From a virus (taxonomy: Duplodnaviria; Caudoviricetes), in IMG/VR virus record IMGVR_UViG_2841817361_000001, positions 1 to 64,000 of that record: DNA of 64,000 nucleotides. The stretch is one strand, 5' to 3'. The notes below the pieces were generated by a model. That model saw only the letters and a list, made by a program, of their open reading frames with translations. It did not search any database and had not been told where the DNA came from. The translations under genes were made by a program, and so were the position numbers. Shown piece after piece: positions 1 to 11,274 of the stretch (positions within the stretch are counted from its first letter, which is position 1; each line of letters opens with the position of its first letter).

Positions 1-563
1 ATGAATTACAAAAATGACAAACAATATAAAGAAGCTCTTAGGTTAGTAAAACAGGGAGTTCTTGATACAAATGGCATTAATACAAACTATGGTGATGATG
101 AACATGTGTTTGAAATTAGTGATGATTTAACAGTTGTATATAAAACTAATGGGAACAAATTTCTTGAAATAACTTCAGAAGAAAGGCAACTTGAATTACA
201 ACCATATGATACAATTATTTCATATACCGATGATAAAATTGAAGAATATATGGCTGATACATCTGATATGGATGAATTTAATTATGAACAATGGAACGAT
301 TGTCAAGATAGTGTTGGCGACTACCCAAATACTTACCACGAATTATAATAAGCATGAGAGCATCAGAAGCAAATAACATGATTCAATTAATATTGAGTCA
401 GTTAAGTGAAAAAGATAAACAACAACTAAAACTTCAAATGTCTGGGGAGACTGTAGAGGAAAATGTTGATAATGATGCTTTCATGCATTTTAGAAATAAA
501 CATTTTACAAAGTCAAAAAGCATTAAGGTAATAATGAAAAAATAACAATATAAATATTACAAA

Positions 564-1388
564 ATGGCAACAATCATTAAACAAAACAACAAAGAACAAC
601 AGTATTTAGATTTCCTTTTGGATCTTAAAAAATCAATTGAAACAAATCAAAGTATTAAACAATCAGATTTAGCTAAAAAACACAAAGTAAATATTCTATC
701 ATTTACTATACTAGCTAATAGTGGACTTATAAGAAATATTGGAACAACTAAAATTCCAAAATACGAATGGATAGCTATTCATCCTAATGTAAATATGGCG
801 TCTAAATTAAGAATTAAAGTTTCTGAATTACAACAAAGCTATTATAATTCGTCTAAAACTAAAGTATTAAAAAAGAAACACACATCCGTTAGAAAAAATA
901 TGGAGCTTGTTAATATAGAAGACTATAATAAGCTATCTGAAAATGATAAAAAAATATTCAAACTATTAATAGACATAAAGAATAAACTAAAAACAAATGG
1001 AAACTTATCATTGTCTGGTATTTGTTCAGAATACCAAGTTAATAGAATAATTGGAACTAAGATAAATTCCCTTGGTTACGTTAAAAATGTTGGTAATCAT
1101 ATTAAAACAAATTACAAGTGGAATACTGGTGATGTAAATATTCAAATGGTATTTGCTTTAAAAGAGGCGGTAAAAAATGCAAATCTAAAACTAAAAAATG
1201 CACCAAAAGTAAATACGGTAGAACCTAATATAATACAAAAAAAGTCAGAAGTTAAATCTGAAACTGAAACTCCTGTTATTGAGAAATTATTTGCGTTTAC
1301 TAAGCAAAACTCAATTCAAAATTACACAATGACTATTCCATTATTCTGGGGATTAATAAAACTAAATGTAAATATCAAAAATAAATAA
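564..1388 (+). CDS. Putative DNA-binding protein with two tandem wHTH-like repeats
   Basis: Internal repeat SGLIRNIGTTKIPKYEW / LGYVKNVGNHIKTNYKW; basic composition. Confidence 0.45.
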   Translation: MATIIKQNNKEQQYLDFLLDLKKSIETNQSIKQSDLAKKHKVNILSFTILANSGLIRNIGTTKIPKYEWIAIHPNVNMASKLRIKVSELQQSYYNSSKTKVLKKKHTSVRKNMELVNIEDYNKLSENDKKIFKLLIDIKNKLKTNGNLSLSGICSEYQVNRIIGTKINSLGYVKNVGNHIKTNYKWNTGDVNIQMVFALKEAVKNANLKLKNAPKVNTVEPNIIQKKSEVKSETETPVIEKLFAFTKQNSIQNYTMTIPLFWGLIKLNVNIKNK

Positions 1389-1389
1389 T

Positions 1390-2211
1390 ATGCAAAAAAA
1401 TCAATTAGAAATAGTAAAAAAATTAGATCAATCTGTAGCCCTAGTAACAGCATCAGAAGCTATTGTTGGATTTGAAAAGGCATATAATGTTGCTATTGCT
1501 ATTGGACAACTTAAAGAACTTCTTACAAATGAATATATGAAGCCAATTATGGCTCTACAAGGCAGTAGGTTAGGATTTAAGACAGATAAAGATAGTAAAG
1601 GAGGGTATCCATTAGAAGTAGTAAAACAATGTTTATTAGATGCAGTTTTAATGGGCTTACAACCATATAACAATGAGTTTAATATTATAGGAGGTTCAAC
1701 GTATCCTACACGTGAAGGGTTTGGGGCTTTACTTAAAAAGATTAAAGGTTTAAAAGAACAAATTACCTATAAAGATGTTGTTATAGCTGCTGATAAACAA
1801 ACAGCGACAATGACTGCTGTTATTAAATGGAGTTTAAATGGACATGAAGAAGTTGTAGAAGTTCCTTTTAATATTAAGTCAAACGAATATGCTTCTGTAG
1901 ATGCTCTTATTGGTAAATGTGAACGCAAAGCCAGAAAATGGCTTTATAACAAAATATCCGGAACAGATCTACAAGATGCTGATGCTGATGATGTAGTCGA
2001 AGTAGAAATTATCAAATCTGAAAAAATTGAAGTTAAGGATGATGATGTACTTATCGCAAGAGTTAAATCCGGTCTGACTAAAATCAATAATGTAGAAGAT
2101 CTAAATAAATTCTATAAGGGCATCCAGGAGCCAACTGATACAATCAATGAGTTATTTAAACAAAAGAAAGAAGAACTAAATGCAGCAAAGACTAGTAAAC
2201 CTAACAAATAA
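1390..2211 (+). CDS. Putative single-strand annealing protein (RecT/Bet-like)
   Basis: 273 aa; AVLMGLQPYNNEFNII motif; acidic linker; lies near a YqaJ-like exonuclease. Confidence 0.5.
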   Translation: MQKNQLEIVKKLDQSVALVTASEAIVGFEKAYNVAIAIGQLKELLTNEYMKPIMALQGSRLGFKTDKDSKGGYPLEVVKQCLLDAVLMGLQPYNNEFNIIGGSTYPTREGFGALLKKIKGLKEQITYKDVVIAADKQTATMTAVIKWSLNGHEEVVEVPFNIKSNEYASVDALIGKCERKARKWLYNKISGTDLQDADADDVVEVEIIKSEKIEVKDDDVLIARVKSGLTKINNVEDLNKFYKGIQEPTDTINELFKQKKEELNAAKTSKPNK

Positions 2212-2367
2212 TGTTGAAAGCTTATGTTCTTTCTATAACAAACAAATGAAAGGAATAAGTATTAAAAACTTGGATAAGAAAACAGAAGCCTTATCACTAT
2301 TAGAAATAGAATGTAATAAATCTAATACTAGCTTCGCTTATATAAAAACCGTATTAAAATTAAATTA

Positions 2368-2805
2368 ATGACACATATATTTTATTTATTCATATTATTA
2401 TTTCTTGTTTATGAATTATTCTTTTTGATAAATTTAAAAGAATATCTAAATGCAATGTTAGATTTAAAGCGTTATTTAAAGAATGAAGGTCAGTATATTT
2501 CTTATAAAAATTTCCCTGAACATAAAAAATCCACATTTTATAGATGCTTATTTGCTCTTTTTCTAGTATTATTTTTATTTATAGGTTTACTTTCTTCTCA
2601 ATGGTTTTTATTCGCAAGTTATCTATTAGTAGCTTTTATAATTTTCCAACCATTAATTAGTATTACGCGAAAAATCAAACCTCTATATTATAGTTTAGCA
2701 TTTATAGATACTTTAGTTGCAATTATTTTTTCTTTATTAGTTATCCTTAATAAGTATCACTTACATATAGATTTCTATTCATACTTTAAAACCCTTTTCT
2801 TATGA
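2368..2805 (+). CDS. Membrane protein
   Basis: Three to four hydrophobic segments. Confidence 0.6.
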   Translation: MTHIFYLFILLFLVYELFFLINLKEYLNAMLDLKRYLKNEGQYISYKNFPEHKKSTFYRCLFALFLVLFLFIGLLSSQWFLFASYLLVAFIIFQPLISITRKIKPLYYSLAFIDTLVAIIFSLLVILNKYHLHIDFYSYFKTLFL

Positions 2806-3860
2806 TGGCATTCAATCCAGAAACTTTTGAATTTAGATGTCATTACTTAGGCTTCTTCGCTGGAAGTCCACAAGGAGGTACTTCTAAAGATAAGTATGAA
2901 AAAATAGCTGGACAAATAGTTGAAACAAACGAAAAATATTCAAAACTAAAAAACAAGGATTGTGATCGTGGAAAAGGTTACCAAGAAGCTATAGTAGAAT
3001 TAAAAAAGATTTTAACTGAACTTGAACCTTTCAAGGATATTGAAGAACTTTCAGATACTGCTATTTCTAAATGTTGGGATATTATAAATGAAAACGAATA
3101 TGGCATTGTTGAAAACCTGGATAATAAATATGTTCAAAAAGGTCTGTTAACCGAAGATGATGGGATAACAATTATTGGAAACTATCATAATGCCTTTCTT
3201 ACAAAAAATGAAAAGCACTTTAGTAATGGCATAATTAGTGGAACTCCAGATTTAATACATGGAAAAACTAAAACTGGTTTTGTCATTGATAATAAAGCTT
3301 CGTACAATAAACGTTCATATGATAAAACTAAAACATTAAAGAATATTTATGAATGGCAAGTTGCAGTTGGTTATTTATGGTTAACGGGATATAATAAAGC
3401 ACAAGTAATTCATACACTAGTTAATACTCCAGTTGAATTAATTAAAGCCGAAATGAGAGGTATTATATACCGTCATAAACCTTTTGGAATGCCAACAGAT
3501 GAATTTGAAATTACTGAAGAATTTTCAAGAGTAAAAACTCAAATATTTAGAAATCATATTTACTCTGATTCTGGATATATACAAAACTTTGATGGTAGTA
3601 TAGAATATTTAACAGAAGGATATTGGAAACATTTAGTTGCACTAGAAAACCTTGATGAAAATTTTATTTTCAAACCAATACCTGAGAATCAAAGATTAAA
3701 AATATTCCAGGCTGAACGTGATGATTCTAAAATAAAGCATATAGAAAAGCAATTATTAAAAGCTAGAGCATATATGTGCAGAATTATGGAAAATCCGAGA
3801 ACAGATGACATAGTTCATATCAAACGTACTATAAAAGAAATTACTAAAGCAGACGATTAA
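2802..3860 (+). CDS. YqaJ/lambda-exonuclease-like PD-(D/E)XK nuclease
   Basis: KGLLTED ... SGTPDLI ... DNKAS ... YEWQ motifs. Confidence 0.75.
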   Translation: MMAFNPETFEFRCHYLGFFAGSPQGGTSKDKYEKIAGQIVETNEKYSKLKNKDCDRGKGYQEAIVELKKILTELEPFKDIEELSDTAISKCWDIINENEYGIVENLDNKYVQKGLLTEDDGITIIGNYHNAFLTKNEKHFSNGIISGTPDLIHGKTKTGFVIDNKASYNKRSYDKTKTLKNIYEWQVAVGYLWLTGYNKAQVIHTLVNTPVELIKAEMRGIIYRHKPFGMPTDEFEITEEFSRVKTQIFRNHIYSDSGYIQNFDGSIEYLTEGYWKHLVALENLDENFIFKPIPENQRLKIFQAERDDSKIKHIEKQLLKARAYMCRIMENPRTDDIVHIKRTIKEITKADD

Positions 3861-4187
3861 ATTGTACAAAAATCCAAATGGATTACCTATTGACGGTCAT
3901 ATATTTCTGATCGGCAAAGAATACTTCTATGCCATTATTGACCAAGAATGGTACAAATTAGAAGCTACAACATTCCAAAAAGCTTTAAAAGAAGTTCAAT
4001 TAAAAGAAAAACAACTTAAAACAATTACAAAATGAAAACAAACTTAGACAACATTCAGACAGTTATAATTTATAATAAAGCTGGTATGGTAAAACATAGG
4101 TTTACTCCAAGTTCATTAAGTATACAAACTCATAATGATAAAAGTAAAACCTTAGCCATTAAAGAAGTTGATTTTAAAAGTTAGACC

Positions 4188-4997
4188 ATGTACATAGAGA
4201 GCATTACGAAAAACTTTGACCCTTGTGTAGCTTGTAATGTTGGAACTGATGCAGCAATTATTCTAGCTAATATTGAAATATGGCAACACCACGCTAAAAT
4301 AAATGGTCTTAATATTTATGATGGGAAAAATTGGATTTACAACAAAATAGAAAGTTTTCAGAAACAATTCTATTACCTTACTGAAAAACAAATTTCCCTT
4401 TGCTTAAAAAAACTTGAAGATAATGGTTACCTATCTGTAGGTTGTTACAATGAAAATGTTTTTGATAGAACAAAATGGTATACCTCTGAAAGGCTTAACA
4501 AATCAGTTTTTGAACCAGTTAAACTACATATTGTTAAAAAGAATACTGATGATAAAAAACTTATAGAGGTTAATAAGCCAATAGAAAATGAAGATGCTTT
4601 GTATTTCTATATAGCAAAAAGCTATCATGAAACTTTCATATCAAAAAAAGGCCAAACTAGAACACTACTTAATGCAAGTTATAATGATTGGATAAAAACT
4701 GTCCGGTTATTAATAACTACTGACGAAGTCACAGTACCTCAATTAATTGCAATTAAATTATACCTACAAGATGGAGTTAACGGAGTTGCAGGAGTAGATA
4801 CTTTTTGGATTAATACAATTTCATCAATTCACGCATTAAGAAAGAAAAATAAAGATGAAGTATACTATTTCGATATGATTCGTGACCATGTTCAGAAGTG
4901 GTTAAAAATAAAAGCTAATGAAATTCGTGTTTATAAAGCTGAAGAAAAATTAAAAAAACACATCGATAATTTAAATGACAATACAGGAAGCACATAG
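4188..4997 (+). CDS. Phage replication initiator / replisome organizer with N-terminal wHTH
   Basis: AAIILANI..W...DGKNWIYN...LKKLEDNGYL pattern; directly upstream of the primase-helicase. Confidence 0.65.
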   Translation: MYIESITKNFDPCVACNVGTDAAIILANIEIWQHHAKINGLNIYDGKNWIYNKIESFQKQFYYLTEKQISLCLKKLEDNGYLSVGCYNENVFDRTKWYTSERLNKSVFEPVKLHIVKKNTDDKKLIEVNKPIENEDALYFYIAKSYHETFISKKGQTRTLLNASYNDWIKTVRLLITTDEVTVPQLIAIKLYLQDGVNGVAGVDTFWINTISSIHALRKKNKDEVYYFDMIRDHVQKWLKIKANEIRVYKAEEKLKKHIDNLNDNTGST

Positions 4998-6777
4998 CAA
5001 TTTACTTGAAAAAGGAATAAAAACTTTGCCTACTCAGAAAAATAAAGCTCCATTACCGAAGCTTAAATGGCAAGAAGAAGTTCCTAGTTTCATGTTTGAT
5101 TTAGCAGAAGGTATTGGTATTAAATGTGGTAAATCTTCAGGAGGTATAGAATGTTTAGATTTTGATAATCATTTGGACAATGCTAAAGAAATTTTTGAAG
5201 ATTTCATAAATATTGATGGTGTTGGTGAAATGATGATGCAGGATAAATTCTATATTGAATATACCCGTAGTGGTGGATATCATTTAGTTTTTAGATCTGA
5301 ATATTATGAAGGAAATCAGAAATTAGCTTTACAACCTAATGAAAATGAAAAAACAGATCGGTATCCTGATGGTAAGCCTGAATGTGTAATTGAAACAAGA
5401 GGTGAAGGTGGTTATTTCTGTTGTGAACCTACTGAAGGTTATGCTTGGGCTAAAAGTCCTTATACTTATGACATTCCATTACTATCTAAAGAAGAAAGAG
5501 ATTTATTATTTAGAGCTGCAAGATCTTTTAATACTTTTTTCAAAGAAGAAGTTGAAGTTTTCTCTAATACAAATATATCTTCAGAAAAGGCAGGTGATGT
5601 TTATAACGATGATTTAAATTCTATAGAGGAAGCAAAACAAATTCTTAGAACTAATGGTTGGACTATAAACGGAAAATATTGTACTCGACCTGGTAAAAAA
5701 CTTTCTGATGGCTTCTCTGCTACTTTTGGCAAAGTTGCCCATAATGTGTTCTATATTTTCTCTACTAATGCACATCCATTTGAAGATGGGAAAGCATACA
5801 AACCATTTCAAATAAAAGCTTTATTAGATCATAATGGTGATTTTAAATCTTGTGCAAAAGAATTAGCTCAAAGATATGGGTTAGAAAGAAAAACAGATAC
5901 ATTAATTGTTCAATATAAAGATCAAGTTGCGTTTACTAATGTTGAAGAAGGAAATATAGAAAAGAAAACATCACTACTTGATAAACTCTCTTCTTTAAAA
6001 ATCGATACTTCAAAAGAATTAGTAAAGCCTCCAGTTGCTTTAAGTATTATTGAATCTTCCGGAACTCAAACAAAAGAAGTAGTTATTCAAACTAGAGGTG
6101 ATTTTTCAGTTTTAACAGGGCAACAGAAAGCTAGAAAAACATACTTTATTTCTACACTAGTTGGTGCAATGGCATCAAGTGGAAATGTATTTCTTGATAA
6201 ACTAAAAGGATATCTCCCTTTTAACAAACAAGGAGCAGCAGTATTTGATACAGAACAGGGTAACTGGTATGCACAGAAAACAGCAATAAGAATTAAAAAT
6301 GCAATATCAAGTGCTGCAATATTTGATTACTTCTTTCTTAGAGATTCAGATCCATATGAAAGACGTGAATTAATAGAAGCATACTTAGAAGAAAACCATA
6401 GTAAAATAGGCTTCATTGCAATTGATGGAATCGTAGACCTTGTATATGACTTCAATAACCAAGAAGAATGTTCAAAATGTGTACAGTGGATTATGAAGAT
6501 ATCTTCTAAATATGATGTGCATATTACAGTAATTATTCACCAAAATAAATCTGATGGAAAAGCTAGAGGTCACTTAGGTACTATGCTCGCACAAAAAGCA
6601 GAAACAGTAATTGAAATCAACAAACATGGTGAACGAGGTAATACTTCTTCTATTATTTCAGCAAGAGACACTAGAGGTAAAGGCTTTGAAGACTTTTTAA
6701 TAACAATTGATGGTAATGGAAATCCATTCTTTGAAGATGAATACAAACCAAAAAAAACAAAACAGCCAATATTCTAA
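4975..6777 (+). CDS. Prim-Pol primase fused to a RecA/AAA_25-type helicase
   Basis: CLDFD, TRSGGYH and ETRGEGGY (Prim-Pol); GQQKARKT Walker A, FDTEQ, IDGIVD, IIHQNK and RGHLG (helicase). Confidence 0.85.
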   Translation: MTIQEAHSNLLEKGIKTLPTQKNKAPLPKLKWQEEVPSFMFDLAEGIGIKCGKSSGGIECLDFDNHLDNAKEIFEDFINIDGVGEMMMQDKFYIEYTRSGGYHLVFRSEYYEGNQKLALQPNENEKTDRYPDGKPECVIETRGEGGYFCCEPTEGYAWAKSPYTYDIPLLSKEERDLLFRAARSFNTFFKEEVEVFSNTNISSEKAGDVYNDDLNSIEEAKQILRTNGWTINGKYCTRPGKKLSDGFSATFGKVAHNVFYIFSTNAHPFEDGKAYKPFQIKALLDHNGDFKSCAKELAQRYGLERKTDTLIVQYKDQVAFTNVEEGNIEKKTSLLDKLSSLKIDTSKELVKPPVALSIIESSGTQTKEVVIQTRGDFSVLTGQQKARKTYFISTLVGAMASSGNVFLDKLKGYLPFNKQGAAVFDTEQGNWYAQKTAIRIKNAISSAAIFDYFFLRDSDPYERRELIEAYLEENHSKIGFIAIDGIVDLVYDFNNQEECSKCVQWIMKISSKYDVHITVIIHQNKSDGKARGHLGTMLAQKAETVIEINKHGERGNTSSIISARDTRGKGFEDFLITIDGNGNPFFEDEYKPKKTKQPIF

Positions 6778-6893
6778 AGCGATAAACAATATGAAACTAA
6801 TTTATCAAAAAAGCAGGTTAGAAAAAGAATATATAAGAAATGGTACAATAGAAAAATATCTTAAAGTGTTTTCAAATAACTAATAAAATAACA

Positions 6894-7352
6894 ATGACTA
6901 AAAAATACATAAAAGACTTAGGAGATAATGAAGTTATTCATGCACCTACTGAAAAAGAAAGGAAAATTATTTTGTTAAAATTAAAATCATTAGACATAAA
7001 CATCCATGAAAAATATTTAGATAAAATAAATGAATTTGAATCTAATACATGTTTCTGCCCTAAACATAAACTAGTACTGAATAAAGAAATGTTACCACTT
7101 CAAACGAAGATATATACAATTGAAAATCTATTTGATTTTTCTGAGAAAAGTCCACAACCTCACTATGATAATTCAAATGGTAGTTTATATAAGCTAGCAA
7201 CAGAATTAAACTTAAATCACTGGGAATTTGACATATTAAAAAGATTGGTAAGATGTCGTAAAAAAGGACAATTCAAACAAGATTTACAAAAAATTAAAGA
7301 CACAATAGATATTTATATTAATGAATATGATGATGAACGCAACAGATACTAA
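6894..7352 (+). CDS. Hypothetical protein with a DUF3310-like C-terminus
   Basis: PQPHYD...ILKRLVRCRKKG...DLQK motif. Confidence 0.5.
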   Translation: MTKKYIKDLGDNEVIHAPTEKERKIILLKLKSLDINIHEKYLDKINEFESNTCFCPKHKLVLNKEMLPLQTKIYTIENLFDFSEKSPQPHYDNSNGSLYKLATELNLNHWEFDILKRLVRCRKKGQFKQDLQKIKDTIDIYINEYDDERNRY

Positions 7353-8010
7353 AATACCATTCAGCATTAAAAACATAGCTTATGACAAAGTAAAAGCTAA
7401 AACCGCATCTCAATACTTAGGCGTAAATAATGTTCAATTTAAAAAAGATTTTCATCCTAAAACTCCACAACATATTCTTGTTAATATGCAAATTATATCA
7501 TTTTTATCAAGAGATATATTTATGGACATTGATTGGTTTGTAAAGAAAAAATATATACCAGCATTCAATTCAATTAACATCCTAAAAGATATTTCAAAAG
7601 ATGAAGAAAGGTGGGTAAAAGAGGAATATGAAAGACAAGGTAAAAATGAAGATGTTTATAATGATAATTATCTTAAAATAACAGATTACTTTAGAAGTTT
7701 ATCTTCCAGGTTATTATCCGATTTTCAGAAGCAAGCTGATGATGAACTAGAATCAATGTTATATTGTCTTATTGCAATAAGATATATTCACTCAAACCTT
7801 AAATATACAATTACAAGCCCAACTCAGGGCATTCAAACTACTCTACTTAATAAATTAATAGGAATCAGTAATCAGATTCATATTCAGTTTTTACAAAGAC
7901 ACTCAAAAGTTAGTAACTCAACTATTGATCTATCAATTTATGATGAATTATTTGATAAAATGAGAAGAATGGACGCAGAAAAATTAACAGAATTAATACT
8001 ACAAAAATGA
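7321..8010 (+). CDS. Hypothetical phage protein
   Basis: Long ORF in an operon with overlapping starts and stops. Confidence 0.6.
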   Translation: MNMMMNATDTKIPFSIKNIAYDKVKAKTASQYLGVNNVQFKKDFHPKTPQHILVNMQIISFLSRDIFMDIDWFVKKKYIPAFNSINILKDISKDEERWVKEEYERQGKNEDVYNDNYLKITDYFRSLSSRLLSDFQKQADDELESMLYCLIAIRYIHSNLKYTITSPTQGIQTTLLNKLIGISNQIHIQFLQRHSKVSNSTIDLSIYDELFDKMRRMDAEKLTELILQK

Positions 8011-8402
8011 ACGATTTAAGAATGTCGACTAGTCTGTACAGAGAAACTACAGATAATGGATTTAAGAACAATATAAACAAGTTTGTCAACCACTGTTATA
8101 TTCAATCAAAAGAAGCAGGATGGCATGATAAGCAAAGGGAAATAGGAACAATGCTAATGCTTATTGTTTCTGAAATATCTGAAGCTATGGAAGGTGATCG
8201 AAAAGATCTTATGGATGATCATTTACCTCATAGAAAGATGATAGAAGTTGAACTAGCAGATGCAATGATTAGAATTGGAGATTTAGCAGGAAAATTAAAT
8301 CTAGATTTAGGTGGAGCTATTGATGAAAAATTAAAATTCAATAAAAATAGGCCAGATCATAAAATGGAAAATAGAGCTTTAGATGGAGGTAAAAAATACT
8401 AA
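8007..8402 (+). CDS. MazG-like NTP pyrophosphohydrolase
   Basis: LIVSEISEAMEG...EVELADAMIRI...KLKFNKNR. Confidence 0.85.
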   Translation: MNDLRMSTSLYRETTDNGFKNNINKFVNHCYIQSKEAGWHDKQREIGTMLMLIVSEISEAMEGDRKDLMDDHLPHRKMIEVELADAMIRIGDLAGKLNLDLGGAIDEKLKFNKNRPDHKMENRALDGGKKY

Positions 8403-8595
8403 ACTAGAAATACAGGATATAAATATTTCAAAACTACCAGTTGTTGTAAACGCAATTGATAATAAAACAACAATTACTGTTAGTGCAGGTACGAAAATAT
8501 TCTTTACTAATAATGAAGGGGATACAGAAGCATTAATGCCAGTTGTAAATTTTAAATACCAAGAAAATAATAATTACATAACCTCAATATAATTT

Positions 8596-8961
8596 ATGGA
8601 ACTTACAGGAATAATAAAAAAAATCAACCCTACACAAACATTTCAATCAGGATTCACAAAACGTGAACTTATCATTTTGACTACGGAACAATATCCACAA
8701 CCTATTAGTATTGATTTCTTCAAAGAAAAAGGTGAATTACTTGATTCGTTAAACGAGGGTGACCAGGTTAAAGTTGGAATTAATATAAATGGGAGAGAAT
8801 GGCAAGCTCCAGATGGACAAGTCCGTTATTTTAATTCTATTGTAGGATGGCGAATAGAAAAAACTAATGAAAGTAATTATCAGCAAGATACTTTTAAACC
8901 TCCATTACAAGATACAAAAGATGACTTGTTTGGTGATGATTCAGAAGGTCTTCCATTCTAA
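8596..8961 (+). CDS. DUF3127 family OB-fold single-stranded DNA-binding protein
   Basis: FTKRELI...EQYPQ...NGREW...YFNSIVGW and an acidic tail ending GLPF. Confidence 0.85.
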   Translation: MELTGIIKKINPTQTFQSGFTKRELIILTTEQYPQPISIDFFKEKGELLDSLNEGDQVKVGININGREWQAPDGQVRYFNSIVGWRIEKTNESNYQQDTFKPPLQDTKDDLFGDDSEGLPF

Positions 8962-8966
8962 AATTT

Positions 8967-8988
8967 AACCCTCCTAAATTGGAGGGTT
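8967..8988. terminator. Hairpin terminator between convergent genes
   Basis: aaccctcc-taaatt-ggagggtt. Confidence 0.7.
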
Positions 8989-9001
8989 TATTACATATTA
9001 G

Positions 9002-10126
9002 TTAAAAGAAATACTCGTGTATAGCTTTTCTGTTTTCATAATAATTGAAGAATATAAAACCTCTCTGTCCTTTTTGGAAATTCGTCTGAACCCAATTAGA
9101 GCTAGGGCTTAATGCCGGGTAATTGTAATATTTAAACAAATCACTGCTCGCAGAATCAAATAAATATTGATGAGAATCTCCTTTCTCTACAATAATGTCA
9201 TAGCCTTTATTTAATAAATTATTAGCTGTTAGATAGCCTATTATTTTATTAATTTGGTTAGGATCTATTTTTGGTTTAAATCCATGTTTCATGTGTTGAG
9301 AATCCTTACCATGAGTAGTAACAAAGCAATAATTACCAACAATACTGTAATCAAGGAATTTTAGTTGGTTTACCACAGTAACTTTACCAGAATAAGCCTT
9401 GTGCATTAGAACCTCAAAAGCTTTGTTTAAGCAGTACGCAAATGATCCAGAGTGATTATCATTATTAATATTATGAAAGTGAATTTTATGGTAATATGGA
9501 AGTAGTGATTCAGTTAATTTTACTTTAAACTCGAATCCAACATCAAAGGCTTCCTCATTCGTCATATTCTGAGGTAAATGATGACCGCCTCTTGTTGTTT
9601 GTCCATTGAACCCATCTAACATATCACCTAGATCTTTAATGTAAAGTATATTAGATTTTTGATTTTGAATAGTAAATGCAACAATTTGGTCTAATGTTTT
9701 GAAAATATCATCCTTTGTCCATGTATGGTTGTATAAACTTCTACCATTATCTGAAGCATCCATTCCTATATGAATATCGGATATAACTAACTTATCAAAT
9801 TCAGCATCTAAGTTACTTTTTAGTTTTACTTTATCTACTGAAATAGGTTTTATATTCTTAAAAGCTTTTTCAAAATCGAATTCATGAATATTAAAGCTAC
9901 CATCGTCATATAAAGGATTCTTAAAGAACATAGAGGTCTCTTTATTCTTTAGCCAGCCATGCTTTACATCTTTTATTGGGATTCCTAAATCTTGTGATTT
10001 TTGTTTAATTGTCCGGTACTGAATTAGTAATTCTTCCTCGTCTTTCTTTAATCGGTATCTATTACTACCCATGAGAAAAATAAATTTAGGTGTTATGTAC
10101 TGCCAATAAAGTATCAGTGAACGCAA
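9002..10126 (-). CDS. Calcineurin-like metallophosphoesterase/nuclease (true start probably 10072)
   Basis: SDIHIG, LGDMLDG, DNH, THG and GDSH motifs. Confidence 0.8.
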   Translation of the reverse strand: MRSLILYWQYITPKFIFLMGSNRYRLKKDEEELLIQYRTIKQKSQDLGIPIKDVKHGWLKNKETSMFFKNPLYDDGSFNIHEFDFEKAFKNIKPISVDKVKLKSNLDAEFDKLVISDIHIGMDASDNGRSLYNHTWTKDDIFKTLDQIVAFTIQNQKSNILYIKDLGDMLDGFNGQTTRGGHHLPQNMTNEEAFDVGFEFKVKLTESLLPYYHKIHFHNINNDNHSGSFAYCLNKAFEVLMHKAYSGKVTVVNQLKFLDYSIVGNYCFVTTHGKDSQHMKHGFKPKIDPNQINKIIGYLTANNLLNKGYDIIVEKGDSHQYLFDSASSDLFKYYNYPALSPSSNWVQTNFQKGQRGFIFFNYYENRKAIHEYFF

Positions 10127-10201
10127 AACTTTGGTTTGCTAGAAACAAAAATCCCTGTCAAATTAATGACAAGGATTAAACACCTCATTTTGTTTTTATG
10201 G

Positions 10202-10750
10202 TTAATAGATTTTATTATACTTTACTAAGTCATCCATTCTGTTGTTCCATCCTTTAAGGAATACTGTTAATTTAGAGTTTTTATTTACAATATCTTTTAA
10301 ATATTGATATCTTGCTTTATAGAGAGAATCTAAGAACACTTTTGGATCTTGTTTATTCAATGCTTCAATAGTCTTATTTCCAACTACTCCATCTTGAGTT
10401 ACACCTAATAATCTTTGTGGAATTTTAATCCCCCATGATCCCGATCCCCAAACCCAATCGACTAATGTATTAGCAATAGTTTGGTTGTTAATTTGATCAG
10501 CTTTCCATCTATTCCAATATCCTACTTTTAACACATGAAGCACATCTGATTTAGTTAGTTTTTTTAAATCTGAAGCATCTACTTTACCATCACCCGTTTT
10601 ATCATATCCAATAGATTTCCATGTAGCAATTGTTACTCCCATATTTGTTAATCCTCCTGGATCATTAGGATGATTTACTAATCCACCTTCCCACTTTAAT
10701 ATAAAAGGTAATAATAATTCTGCTTTAGCCATTAATTTCGTTTTGACCAC
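10202..10750 (-). CDS. Endolysin, glycoside hydrolase family 108 with a peptidoglycan-binding C-terminus
   Basis: WEGGLVNHPNDPGGLTNMGVT; DGVVGNKT; FLKGWNNR. Confidence 0.92.
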   Translation of the reverse strand: MVKTKLMAKAELLLPFILKWEGGLVNHPNDPGGLTNMGVTIATWKSIGYDKTGDGKVDASDLKKLTKSDVLHVLKVGYWNRWKADQINNQTIANTLVDWVWGSGSWGIKIPQRLLGVTQDGVVGNKTIEALNKQDPKVFLDSLYKARYQYLKDIVNKNSKLTVFLKGWNNRMDDLVKYNKIY

Positions 10751-11274
10751 AAATTACTTAGTGGTTTAGGAAAATAAGTTTTTGCTAAAAGCTTTAATAA
10801 TTCCCATGAAACTATTGTTGTAAACGCAAATATTAAGAAAAACCAAATTGTGTACTTTACGGTTTTAATTGTTCCTTTATTTTTTATTTTCCATTTAGTA
10901 AAGTAATATTTAATGCGTTCCGTTTTCTTTATTATTTTAGTTTCCTTTGAAGATTTACTTACAGTCTTATCAATAGTTTCTTTTGCAGAATTAGTGAAAT
11001 TTAATTTTCCAGATGTTGATCCTTTATAATTAATTCCATTTAAACTTAAGTCAAATAAAGCATTTCCTGATATTGGTTCTAATGTAAAACCATAGCCAGA
11101 CTCTGTTATTTTAAAGTTGTTTAGAATTTCGCTAGTTACTTTTTCTGACGTTTTTTCCGAAATAATTTCCTTATCGTTAGAAACAGTTTCTCCTTTATTA
11201 ATATTTACTTTACTAGTTCTGCTTGCGCAACTAACAAACAAAGAAAGAAATATTGTATATAATATTAACCGCAT
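10732..11274 (-). CDS. Lipoprotein with a C-terminal TM helix; putative unimolecular spanin
   Basis: Lipobox FVSC at residue 16, hydrophobic segment near the C-terminus, adjacent to the endolysin. Confidence 0.55.
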   Translation of the reverse strand: MRLILYTIFLSLFVSCASRTSKVNINKGETVSNDKEIISEKTSEKVTSEILNNFKITESGYGFTLEPISGNALFDLSLNGINYKGSTSGKLNFTNSAKETIDKTVSKSSKETKIIKKTERIKYYFTKWKIKNKGTIKTVKYTIWFFLIFAFTTIVSWELLKLLAKTYFPKPLSNLWSKRN

